This document shows, in pieces, positions 31,301-40,075 of a stretch of 64,000 nt of DNA. The notes beneath the pieces were generated by a model. The model searched no databases, was not told the origin of the DNA, and saw nothing but the letters and a program-made list of their open reading frames with translations. A program made the translations under genes and the position numbers. Source of the stretch: an uncultured Armatimonadetes bacterium (lineage in GTDB: Bacteria; Armatimonadota; UBA5829; DTJY01); NCBI GenBank assembly GCA_963717145.1, contig OY970325.1, forward strand, positions 512,001-576,000, given 5' to 3'. Every line of letters starts with the position of its first letter. The first letter of the stretch is position 1.

Positions 31301-32926
31301 CCCCAGCGGATCCTCGACCTGCCACAGATAGGTCTTCTTTCCATTGCGCATGAAGAACCGGTATATGGTCGTTTGGTCGCTGTTGGTGCTCGGGCCCTTC
31401 CGCGTCACGGTGGTCACATTGGGGTCATTGGCATCGCCATACCAGTAGACGGTCACTATATCGGGATCCGCCGACTGATCGGTCACCGTGATAGTGTTCG
31501 CCTGGTCGTTGTATGCGTAGATCACCGTATGGCCGTTCTGTGTCACCGCGGTCAGACGCCCGGACGTATCATACTCGTATGAGGTCTGGGAGAGGAGCGT
31601 GGTGTGGGATGTGTCGTCGTAAAGCTTCACCGACAGAGGCTTCTCCGCCGCCCAGCCGCTCATAACATAGGTGATCTCAGTGTGCGTGCCGTCCGGGGCG
31701 GTGACACTGGTGATCTTGGTGTCGCCCGTAGCATGAGTGTATGTCCATGAGTCGTCGTTCGGGGTCTGGACGCCCTCCAGCGCGCCGTTCGCAGCGCGCG
31801 TGAATGTGGTAGTCCGACCATCGGCATCCTCCACCGAAGAAATGCTGGAAACATTCTGGTGCGGAGCGCCGTACTCTACCGTAGCGCCGGTCGAACCGGT
31901 CGAATCCGTCACAGTATAGCCGGTCGTCTGCCCTCCTGACTGGATGCGGGCCAGCTTCGCGGTGAAGCCAAGCTCTATCGGCTCTCCGCCGAAGATGGTC
32001 ATCACGCAGTTCCCGCAGGCATTCCGGTAGAGGGTGTATTCCGTGCCGTTACAGTCAAACGTGAATGTGCCGTCGCCGTTGCCGTTACCGGCGCCATAGT
32101 CGCCACCCGGGCCCGATTTGCCCCCGGCAGGGTCGTTTGGAACGACCGTCCCAATGTTTACCACGCCCCTCCGCAGGTCCGGCGGGACCATGCATCCGCC
32201 TGGGCCGCAGGACCCGCAGCCCCCGCCACCGGTCATCGGGGGAAGATCGTCGCAGGCATCCGTTGGATCCTTCACGGTGACCACAATGGTTTCGCTGCAA
32301 TCACCGACTTCGACTGTGATCTTGTGTTTTCCAGCCGTCCCCCAGCCTTCTTCTTTCGTGTAGGAGACCCCATTGGTCTGTGTGTACACTCCATCTTCAT
32401 ACCAGGCCAGCCAGCTCTCAGGACCGCCATCATTCGTGGTGGCGGTGTAGATCGCCTGCTGGTTCGTACATACCGTGCGGGGACCGTCTATCGAGCCAAC
32501 TCCAACCACCGTAAACGACAGAGTCTCATTCTCATCGTTGTCGTCATAATACTCATCAGTGTCAATCGCAGTTACGTCCAGGTTGACGGGACCGGGGGGA
32601 GGCGTCCACTCACCTGAGTAGACGCCGTCTTCGCCTCTGACTTTCGAACCCAACCATCCTCCGTCGAATTGCAGAGTGTCCATCTTCGGGGTGCCTATCG
32701 GGTGGTCCTCAAAGTAGCAGTCGCAATCATATGCATGCAGAGTCACATCCTCGCCACAGCGCATGTAACCATCCCAGATCGGCCCCGAGAGGCTCAAGTA
32801 GATCGGCTCCTCATCGTACGGGCCGTTGCATCCGCCCGACAGACACCCCGCAAGGACCATAGACGGCGCGCACACGGTCAGGGCGACTGTGGCTGCAATG
32901 AACAGCAGCATAAACCTTGCATTCAT
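28388..32926 (-). CDS. Full-length Rhs/YD-repeat polymorphic toxin with Sec-type signal peptide
   Basis: YD repeats, Rhs-associated core, DPSGL cleavage motif, Cys-rich variable tip, RBS GGAGG. Confidence 0.92.
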   Translation of the reverse strand: MNARFMLLFIAATVALTVCAPSMVLAGCLSGGCNGPYDEEPIYLSLSGPIWDGYMRCGEDVTLHAYDCDCYFEDHPIGTPKMDTLQFDGGWLGSKVRGEDGVYSGEWTPPPGPVNLDVTAIDTDEYYDDNDENETLSFTVVGVGSIDGPRTVCTNQQAIYTATTNDGGPESWLAWYEDGVYTQTNGVSYTKEEGWGTAGKHKITVEVGDCSETIVVTVKDPTDACDDLPPMTGGGGCGSCGPGGCMVPPDLRRGVVNIGTVVPNDPAGGKSGPGGDYGAGNGNGDGTFTFDCNGTEYTLYRNACGNCVMTIFGGEPIELGFTAKLARIQSGGQTTGYTVTDSTGSTGATVEYGAPHQNVSSISSVEDADGRTTTFTRAANGALEGVQTPNDDSWTYTHATGDTKITSVTAPDGTHTEITYVMSGWAAEKPLSVKLYDDTSHTTLLSQTSYEYDTSGRLTAVTQNGHTVIYAYNDQANTITVTDQSADPDIVTVYWYGDANDPNVTTVTRKGPSTNSDQTTIYRFFMRNGKKTYLWQVEDPLGNTTTYRTYVPEGTDAEFEGMTTADSAEVDTDLVIGRNLVGKPFAVVDALGRVTTYEYHDATGAVDTVTYPQVGEDIPTESYEYYWHDGSMTLWPMTVKNVRDNYTHYVRDDDTLHRVDEIQVDSNDANWATDPVLKTYSYHTSGDQIGLLAQETVEGIDGSYAYYKKYDYMNDTRLEPGPTEVTYRWWDGSLQTPAYVDTPEYTEYDVMGRVLSTTDADSRTIWNTYDAQGRQLQTIYAKSGGSPTVYTQSNYSCCTLTSTRDEEERYTYYAYDDAKRVTKVWTSTTGQSETYPLVEYTYDYFGNVATVKTRSDSSTVRETTYTYDKNDRVVQIDYPAVSQGQDALASELFEYDDVGNLIGKRVGTSGPITAYEYDALNRLRKVDYEHGSWPVGTITTADVTYAYVGGSRLRDTMTDSTGESGYDYDIQDRLVTYTPASPANREIGYVYNALGQKTNMTLKQSGTPKLDVDYLYYANGWLKEVDKGNSWLAKYTYDEIGNRTRVDLVNGTSTTYDFGATDPRSFVEAITHYDGATAISQVDYQQRDDSGNPNYIDLDWGTTSSYTYDANNRLANASGTVYNYDWVGNRKYPPSNPMTYDATDKLVTWPTQHQYTYYPSGSLYQQKSSGGTLQKTYTYTAAELLESVTHVGASYPTEMAWDGDSNRVSITSSEDDSTTEFVYDTTAGIPAVVEEVTPADGSFYYVREPGGELIARVEGSGEAPPVLYYYFDELGSTHLITDAAGDMTDVYLYDAWGNTYHIYGSTEQPYQYVGRLGYYSHYQDDNLDLLQLGVRFYDPETGRFTQRDPARDGMNWYTYTDDQPTISTDPSGLELMPPDAWCKDQGPPNSVERKKHCGKDKARCLQNGSDLAKLGYDLDKALCGPWIKWFLEDLQSECSKIKPKEGELWLPPDGSWSKGADRACKLMGYDPEADCLKSAKHDYEKALKANRKSCGEEYRACVKEPKHEHCGN

Positions 32927-32954
32927 ATTCGTATTCCTCCAGTTGTCTGTACAG

Positions 32955-34073
32955 CTATTTCCATGGCATCAGCGGAACACCGGCAGGCTCGCTGAAGACG
33001 CCTCCAGACAGATCCTGCAACTCCGTTAGATCCGGAGTTGGAGTATTCGGGCCGAGGTAGTGGTAGCTATAAACGCCAAACCCCACTGCACCGGCGGCCC
33101 TGGCATCGACGATATGCTTCATCGTGAGATCGGGCGCAAGGCGGTATGCTCCTATTCCTGCGTAGACGTGCCGCCCGTGAGCAGCAGCCAATGCCGCAGA
33201 AGCATACTCGGGCATCTTATCTTCGGTCAGGTAGAGCATCGCGATTATGAAATCGACCATGCTGTCCCTCAACCATGCCTCATAGTCCTGAAAGAAGAAT
33301 CCGGCGGCTGTCTCCGGCTTCATGATACCGGACACAGAGAGCTTGACAGAGGGCCTGACGGAGACGACGGCCGCATGCACATCGCGCACCAGTGCGGTTA
33401 CCTGGTCCCGCCGCCATTGGCACCAAATCGGATCGTCATCCTCCGGAACCTCCGAGATGGACTGCTCTTGTTTGAAGCGCGCAACGCTGATGGCATTGTA
33501 GCCATATTTCGCGACCGGATACCTGATGTTGTCCAGATGAATGCCGTCCACCTGGTAGTTGTTCAAGACATCGGTGACCACCGACACGAACTGCTCCCTC
33601 ACCGCCGGGATCCCCGGATCAACCCATATCTTGCCAGTTCCAACGATCGTCTTTCCATCCCTATCCGCCATCAGCCATTCGGGATGAGCGAGATGGATAG
33701 CACTCGCCGCCGGTCTGGACCACTTCGAGTCGAGGGCGACCTCATAGACCGAGAGCCAGGCGTGGACCTGCATGCCGACCGCGTGGGCTTGGGTGATGAT
33801 ATCGGCGAGGGGATCGTAGTCGGCGGCGATATCGGAGGCCTTCGGTTCGATGTGGGAGTTGTAGTAGGCGTCCCCGCGCTTGCGCACCTGGACGATGAGC
33901 GCGTTGAAGTTCGCCGCCCTTGCAGCGGTCACCATCTGAGTGACCTGCTCGTGCGTCTTGAATCCGGGGTGGAACGCATCCACATAGAGCCCGCGGAACT
34001 CGTTGGCATAGGAAATCGTGCCGAGGAGAAGAAGGAAGGCCGAGGCGGTGATGAGACGAAAAACATGTTTCAT
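32955..34073 (-). CDS. GHL10 (YddW/DigH-like) glycoside hydrolase-like protein, exported
   Basis: EFRGLYV, QVRKRGDAYYNS, DPLA, VHAWL, DGIHLD.RYP and QWRRDQV. Confidence 0.85.
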   Translation of the reverse strand: MKHVFRLITASAFLLLLGTISYANEFRGLYVDAFHPGFKTHEQVTQMVTAARAANFNALIVQVRKRGDAYYNSHIEPKASDIAADYDPLADIITQAHAVGMQVHAWLSVYEVALDSKWSRPAASAIHLAHPEWLMADRDGKTIVGTGKIWVDPGIPAVREQFVSVVTDVLNNYQVDGIHLDNIRYPVAKYGYNAISVARFKQEQSISEVPEDDDPIWCQWRRDQVTALVRDVHAAVVSVRPSVKLSVSGIMKPETAAGFFFQDYEAWLRDSMVDFIIAMLYLTEDKMPEYASAALAAAHGRHVYAGIGAYRLAPDLTMKHIVDARAAGAVGFGVYSYHYLGPNTPTPDLTELQDLSGGVFSEPAGVPLMPWK

Positions 34074-34352
34074 GTTGCTCCATACCTCCAGGGAGAATCC
34101 GAAATTCGAAACTCGAAACTTCAGGCAAACACTACTTCACGTAAACTCGCGCATATCTTCGAGGCCATCGAGGGTAGCGGGACATGATAGGCCTCATATT
34201 TGTGGTTCACCTACAGTATAACGCCAAATCGCACGAAACGATACGGCCCTCGCATGATGTTTTCGTGAACTCTTTGTGACGCCTTCGACACAGTTCGGCG
34301 TGCACTCGGGTTGCCTCGGTTTGCGTATCCCCGACCTTGGTTCGGAAGGGCT

Positions 34353-34999
34353 CCGGGAGCTAGCCGGACGTGTCACTTCTGCAGGAGTGGTCCACCACTT
34401 CTGCAGTCGGAGCCCTACACTACTGCAGTTGGTGACCACCACTTCTGCAGAAGTACCCTGCCACTTCTGCTGTCGGAAGGCGCCCGGGAGTCAGCCGGAG
34501 ACGACTTGTCTATAGAAGTATGACCACCGGGAGTCAGCCGGAGACGATACTTCTATGGAAGTATGACCACCGGGAGTCAGCCGGAGACGACTTGTCTGTA
34601 GAAGTATGACCACCGGGAGTCAGCCGGAGACGACTTGTCTGTAGAAGTATGACCACCGGGAGCTAGCCGGAGACGATACTTCTATGGAAGTATGACCACC
34701 GGGAGTCAGCCGGAGACGATACTTCTATAGAAGTATGACCACCGGGAGTCAGCCGGAGACGATACTTCTATGGAAGTATGACCACCGGGAGCTAGCCGGA
34801 GACGATACTTCTATGGAAGTATGACCACCGGGAGCTAGCCGGAGACGATACTTCTATGGAAGTATGACCACCGGGAGCTAGCCGGAGACGATACTTCTAT
34901 GGAAGTATGACCACCGGGAGTCAGCCGGAGACGATACTTCTATGGAAGTATGACCACCGGGAGCTAGCCGGAGACGACCCGTCTGTAGAAGTATGACAG
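34353..34999. repeat. Composite tandem array: one 21-bp A unit, five 22-bp B units, then twelve 43-bp (A+B) units
   Basis: 43-bp unit CCGGGAGYYAGCCGGAGACGA-TACTTCTATGGAAGTATGACCA at 34484, 34527 ... 34957; B units CACTWCTGC at 34374, 34396, 34418, 34440 and 34462. Confidence 0.95.
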
Positions 35000-35042
35000 C
35001 GTTGGGTTGCTGGTGACAACAGAGCCGGATTCTTCACTGCGC

Positions 35043-37734
35043 TCAGAATGACAGCGCTGTGATCTTCACCATGGCGCATCCCCTTCGGAGCGGCACGGTA
35101 AGGCGAAGGACATCGCCCTCCACCTCGGCGTTCACCGTTGCGGGGTGGGGGATGCCGGGATGGAGTGCCTCCACCACGGGATGCTTTGGCCACTCCTTGA
35201 GACTTGACGGCTTGCGGATGGTGACACGGACGCTCTCCGCCTTCCCGCCGAACGTGACCGGAACGATGTAGGCGCCGGGGACCTCGAAGAGGTTCGCCTT
35301 AGACGTCCCCTCGACCTCGATCACGTGCGGCTCGAGCACCCACTTCTTTCCTCGCATCAGGTCGAGCAGCGGCCCGTATTCGAGGTACCACTTGTCCGCG
35401 AACTCCGACGGGCGGATGGTGTGATCGTTCAAGGGGACCGGGGCTGTCGGGAAGACGCCGAGGTGGAGGTGCCGCTGGAAGAAACCGTCAGGGTCGTTGC
35501 CGAGCGCCCATGCCTCGGGAGTCCATGCTATCGCCGGCTTTCGGACGCAGAGGAACGCCGTCCCGTTCAGATAAACACCCTGATGGCCGAACTCATGATA
35601 GACACCATCCGCTTCCCTGAGCAGGTCGAGTCGCATGCTCGTCAACGGGTTGACGAAGATCACCTTGCCGTTGGAGTGCATCAGAGCCCCCAGCTTGCTC
35701 ATCGTGGACTTCCATGATTCGCCGAGACAGCGCATGGGCTTCCCATCGCGCCAGGAAACGCCGTCGTCGGCTTTGCTGTTGTAGCAGTTGAGCCAGTCCA
35801 TCCGGTCGATGCATATCCCCGACGATGCCGGCAGCTTCTCGATGTGACGGCGGGCCTGATCGAGCAGGAAGTTCTGATATGAGGGAACGCCGCAGTCGAG
35901 CAGGATGCTGTTGCCCCAACTCGAGAATTGGCCCCCGGACAGATCGGTCACGATTGCATCGCCGAAAGTGGAGAAGACGTACTTGCCTGGGTCCGACCAG
36001 GGCTTGCCGGGCACGGGCGGAGTGGTGGCGACCGTTCCCACCTCGGTCATGTTGAAGTAGTTCAGGACATGGAAGCCCGCTTCGCGCATCCTCTCGGAAT
36101 AGGCCAGCCATTCGGTTGATGGAGGTATCGTTATCCTTGCCAATCGGCGTGCCGTCTGAATAGAGGTCGAACCTCGGCCACGTCTCATCGTCGCTCTTCA
36201 CGGGAGGGAGAAACATGCCGATGTAGGGGAAGTCGAAGCTCGCCTTCCAGTTCACTCGGAAAGCCATCTTCTTGAACCGCTCGACATCGAGATCGCCCTC
36301 GTAATAGGAGTAGGCCCCACATCCGGCAATGTCATCGGCCTTTGGATTCGGCGGGTTGAAATAGACCGGGTAGCGGCTCACCATCCATCCGAGGCCCGCG
36401 CGCCAATCGGCTTTGTGGGGCACGAAATCGGCCGAGAACGTGACCGGGCTTGCGCGCCCTATGCGATGGTCCGACCTTGCGAACGTGATAGAGCCATCGC
36501 TGCCCGTGCTGAATGACGCACCGAGATAGACGTCCTCAGGGGAGAGAATCAGGCTCAGTCCGGCATCATCGGACGGCATGAGGATCGAGGCGATTGGAAG
36601 GCTCACCATGCCTATGGACATGCTCCGTGCGGCGAACTCCTTCGCGACCAGTGGATCATTCCAGCCTCCGGTCCCCCCGTCTCCCAGTCCCCGCGTCCCC
36701 GTGTCGCTGCCGGGGTCATCCCAGGCGGTCCAGAAGAGCGAGTCCTTCGTCTCCGGCCAGCGGAACTGCGAGATGATCGGCGTGGTCCACGGCCCGCCCT
36801 TGCCGACGATCTCGATCTCCCACCGGATGCTGTTCTTCGTCGGGATGAAGCGCTCGATCACCCGGCACTCATCCCCGGCGATCGTTCGGGCAGGAGTTGC
36901 GGCCCTCGTTCGGGCAGGAGTTGTACTCCTGCCCGCAGCACTGCCTTGGGAGTTCAACTCCCCCTCCAGTACTGCGGGCAGGAGTACAACTCCTGCCCGA
37001 ACGAGGGAGGTTGCCGGGTGAACGAGAGTGCGCTCGAACTCCATACCGCCGTTTCGCAGTACGATAGCCTTGACATCCCCATCCTTGCATCCGAGCAGTC
37101 GCAGTCTGCCCGCAATGGGATGCGTCGCGTTGCCCAGTATGACCGCGCAGACCTCTCCCTTGTCAGAGAGCTTGAGGGTGATCCCCGGGGCACGGACGGA
37201 GTACTTCGCGGTTGGAACAGGCATACTCCTGGGCGTACCGATCAGGACCGCGTCGGCCCAGTCGGCATGATCGCAGGTCGAGCCGTCGCCGGTATCTTCC
37301 ACGACGAGCTTCAACTCGTTCGCGCCGTAGATGGGGACGCTGACCGGCATCGCCGGGGAGTCGATCTTCATGACTCCGCTGGAGAACAGCTCCCGGCCGT
37401 CGGCGTAGACCTTGAAGACGATGCTCGGCTGCTTGTACTCCTTCATCTCGGCATCGACGCCGACGAGGGCCTTGAAGCGCCCATACTGCCCGTCGAGGTC
37501 ATAGACGATCTCGCTCCGGGCATGGGCGCCGAGTCCGCGCTCGAATACCCGGTCGCCGATCTGCAGAGGTTTGCCCTGGACGCTCTTGTTGACTCGAAGC
37601 TGCCCCCATCCCTGTGAGGAGTAGATCGGCCCGAGTGTGTCGAGCCCGATGGTGTCGGCGGCCAGAGGAAGAGGTAACGCCAGTCCGGCCAGGAGAGCGG
37701 CGATGATCAGAATTACGGTAACACTCGTTGTCAT
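35043..37734 (-). CDS. Exported NPCBM (CBM51-like) domain protein with a putative glycoside hydrolase region, frameshifted near 36110
   Basis: Signal peptide, GLGAHARSEIVYDL...DHADWADA NPCBM motif; ORFs 35593-37755 and 35043-36188 join across one indel. Confidence 0.7.
36903..37007. repeat. Nested palindromic element inserted in frame within a CDS
   Basis: Arms contain CGGGCAGGAGTTGTACTCCTGCCCG and CGGGCAGGAGTACAACTCCTGCCCG. Confidence 0.85.
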
Positions 37735-37791
37735 GTTTCCCTCCGAAGCGATCACGTCCGCTCCCCTGCCGACCTCAGTGCTGGAGCAGCA

Positions 37792-38529
37792 TCACTTGAT
37801 GGCGAGAAGCTCGATGTCGAAGAGAAGTGTGGCGTTCGGGCCGATGTCCGGGCCATTCCCCGCCTCACCATATCCGATTGCCGAAGGAACGACGAGCTGC
37901 CACTTCGAGCCAACAGGCATGAGCAGTAAGGCTTCCGTCCACGCGGGAATGACTCCACCGACTTGGAAGGACGAGGGGGCAGGGTGGCGGTCCGAGCTGT
38001 CGAATTCCGTGCCGTCGAGAAGCGTTCCTCGGTACTTGCATTCCACGGTGTCGGTGCGGGCCGGCTTCTTGCCTGTGCCTGCCTTGATGATCTTGTACTG
38101 CAGCCCGCTCGGAAGGGTGACAACGCCAGGCTTCTTCTTGTTCTCAGCGAGGAAGGCCTCTTCATCCTTCTTGTTCTTCTCAGCAGCAGCGGCCTCTGCC
38201 GCAGCCTGCTTCTGCATAAGCTCGTTAGAGAACTGAACCAGAGTTTTCTGCATCTCGTCGTCGGTCATGAGGAGCTTCGCGCCGGCGAATGCGTCCTTCA
38301 TCGCCTTCGCGAGGATGTCCACATTGAGTTCGGCCCCGTCCTGGCGGAGGCTTTTCGCTATCTGGATGCCGATGGCGTAGCTTACCTTGTCCATCTGAGT
38401 CGTCAGTGTCAGAGCCTTTGAGGGAGCAGGTTTGGCCTCCGCGGGCGGCGTGGCTGTTGTGGCGGTCTCAGCGCCTACCTGAACGGACAGGATGCCGAGT
38501 GTCAGAACTGCTATCCATATGAATCTCAT
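37792..38529 (-). CDS. FKBP-type peptidyl-prolyl isomerase (FkpA/Mip-like)
   Basis: KVSYAIG, LPSGLQY, YRGTLLDGTEFDSS, VIPAWTEAL and IGPNATLLFDIELL. Confidence 0.92.
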   Translation of the reverse strand: MRFIWIAVLTLGILSVQVGAETATTATPPAEAKPAPSKALTLTTQMDKVSYAIGIQIAKSLRQDGAELNVDILAKAMKDAFAGAKLLMTDDEMQKTLVQFSNELMQKQAAAEAAAAEKNKKDEEAFLAENKKKPGVVTLPSGLQYKIIKAGTGKKPARTDTVECKYRGTLLDGTEFDSSDRHPAPSSFQVGGVIPAWTEALLLMPVGSKWQLVVPSAIGYGEAGNGPDIGPNATLLFDIELLAIK

Positions 38530-38651
38530 CGTTTTCCCTTTCTTGATGAACTGCGCCCGGCCGACTGGTGGACGCATGGACGTATTTGGCATGGGTCATT
38601 TTACCATGAGGGGCGCGCAGTGGGCAAGGCGCGCGGACGAGTCAGAATCGA

Positions 38652-39899
38652 TCAACGGCCGCATACGGCCCGCATCTCATCCGTCGTGATGAACCCGGCG
38701 GCGGAGCGCATCCGGTTGCCCGCGCGCACGAAATCGACGATCGCCCGCTGGAGCGAGGTCGTGGGAGTCAAGGCCGTGATATCGAGGGTCCCACTGCCGA
38801 ACGCCAGGTCGTAGCACTGACCCTCCGAGCCGACTACCGGCAGCAGGTGGAACGGCGACTGGAACTTCACGATATTCGACTCAGGTGGCAGAATCTTCGG
38901 AAGGCTCGGATCGAGCAGCCACGACCAGCAGGTGAACGACGTGAACTTCATCTGGGGATAGTAGCTGGGGAAGAACTCGATCGCCTGAATATAAGATGCC
39001 AGGCAATCTTCCCAGAGCAGTTTGCCCCCGCTGGTCCGGCCGGGGATGTGCACCTCGACCATGTGGTCGCCGGGAGTAATGAGCGGTTGCCACTGGCTCG
39101 TTGAGAGTGTGATGGGTTCCCGTGCTGCCAGCGCGCCGGGCAGGACGGCATTCCCCCGCGCGAAATCATCGCCGATCTCGAACTCGGATTCCCAGGCGTT
39201 CGGATCGGTTACGCTGTTCGTGCCGTCCGCCACTCCATCGGTTCCATAGCGCTTTCCGCCTTCGCACAACGTCATCAGCTCGCCGGAGGTTCGATGCTGA
39301 TAGACGCGGAACGGCCAGGTGTAGTCGTTGGGGTTGAAGACCAGCCTTCCGAGGCGGAACATTTTCCCCTGGAAGTAGTTGCGCATCCATCCCAGGTAGC
39401 GCATGCCGTACACGCCGTATTTCGCATGGTAATCCCTGACCTGCGCTCCGCACTGCGCGAGTGAATCGACAGCGATCTGCTCCGATACACCCATCGCCCG
39501 GAAGACGTCAAGCGCGTGCTCCGTGCCGGAGACCAGAACGGCGATGCGGAAGAGTGGCGCACGCCCCCCGAGCACACCCTTCGGCGCGGAGAGGACATCC
39601 TCCGCCAGTGCTCGTCCGCCGGGCAGGTGGAACAGGAGGAAATGCCAGAGAAGCCCGAGTTCGATCAGGGCCGGGCGCTTCCTGATCTCAGCGCAGACCG
39701 ATTCGAGTTCGCCCATGCATTCAGTCGGCAGGGCGAAGACTTCCATCGCGTTCGGCGGAATCGAGCCCATCTCGACTCCGCATCCTCCGCCGGACCTCCA
39801 TTCCTCGAACGCCTGCCAGTGTGTCCTGCAGAATTCGTGGACCTGCTCGATGTCCAGTTCCCTGACGAGCTTCTCGATACCCGGGTTGCTGCTTTCCAT
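38652..39899 (-). CDS. Acyltransferase/GNAT-like domain protein (DUF5596-like)
   Basis: FRLGRL, VHIP, CWSWLLDP.L...LP..SNIVKFQ and TSLQRA motifs. Confidence 0.7.
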   Translation of the reverse strand: MESSNPGIEKLVRELDIEQVHEFCRTHWQAFEEWRSGGGCGVEMGSIPPNAMEVFALPTECMGELESVCAEIRKRPALIELGLLWHFLLFHLPGGRALAEDVLSAPKGVLGGRAPLFRIAVLVSGTEHALDVFRAMGVSEQIAVDSLAQCGAQVRDYHAKYGVYGMRYLGWMRNYFQGKMFRLGRLVFNPNDYTWPFRVYQHRTSGELMTLCEGGKRYGTDGVADGTNSVTDPNAWESEFEIGDDFARGNAVLPGALAAREPITLSTSQWQPLITPGDHMVEVHIPGRTSGGKLLWEDCLASYIQAIEFFPSYYPQMKFTSFTCWSWLLDPSLPKILPPESNIVKFQSPFHLLPVVGSEGQCYDLAFGSGTLDITALTPTTSLQRAIVDFVRAGNRMRSAAGFITTDEMRAVCGR

Positions 39900-39996
39900 A
39901 CCCCTGTCGGCCTCCAGTGCAGAATTAGGCGTCGGCAAGCAGTTGACCTGCCGGTTACCACATAAAGAACTGAGGGCCGGCGGATGCCGGCCCTCA

Positions 39997-40071
39997 ACGT
40001 TGGGGATGGAGTTGTACTCCATCCCCGCTGACCAGGAAAAAGGGGATGGAGTACAACTCCATCCCCAACGT
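39997..40071. repeat. Nested palindromic element, same family as 36903-37007
   Basis: GGGGATGGAGTTGTACTCCATCCCC ... GGGGATGGAGTACAACTCCATCCCC. Confidence 0.85.
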
Positions 40072-40075
40072 CTAC

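Noticed and set aside
34484-34999. CRISPR array
   Set aside because: Units are contiguous near-identical repeats with no unique spacers, and no cas genes are in the window.
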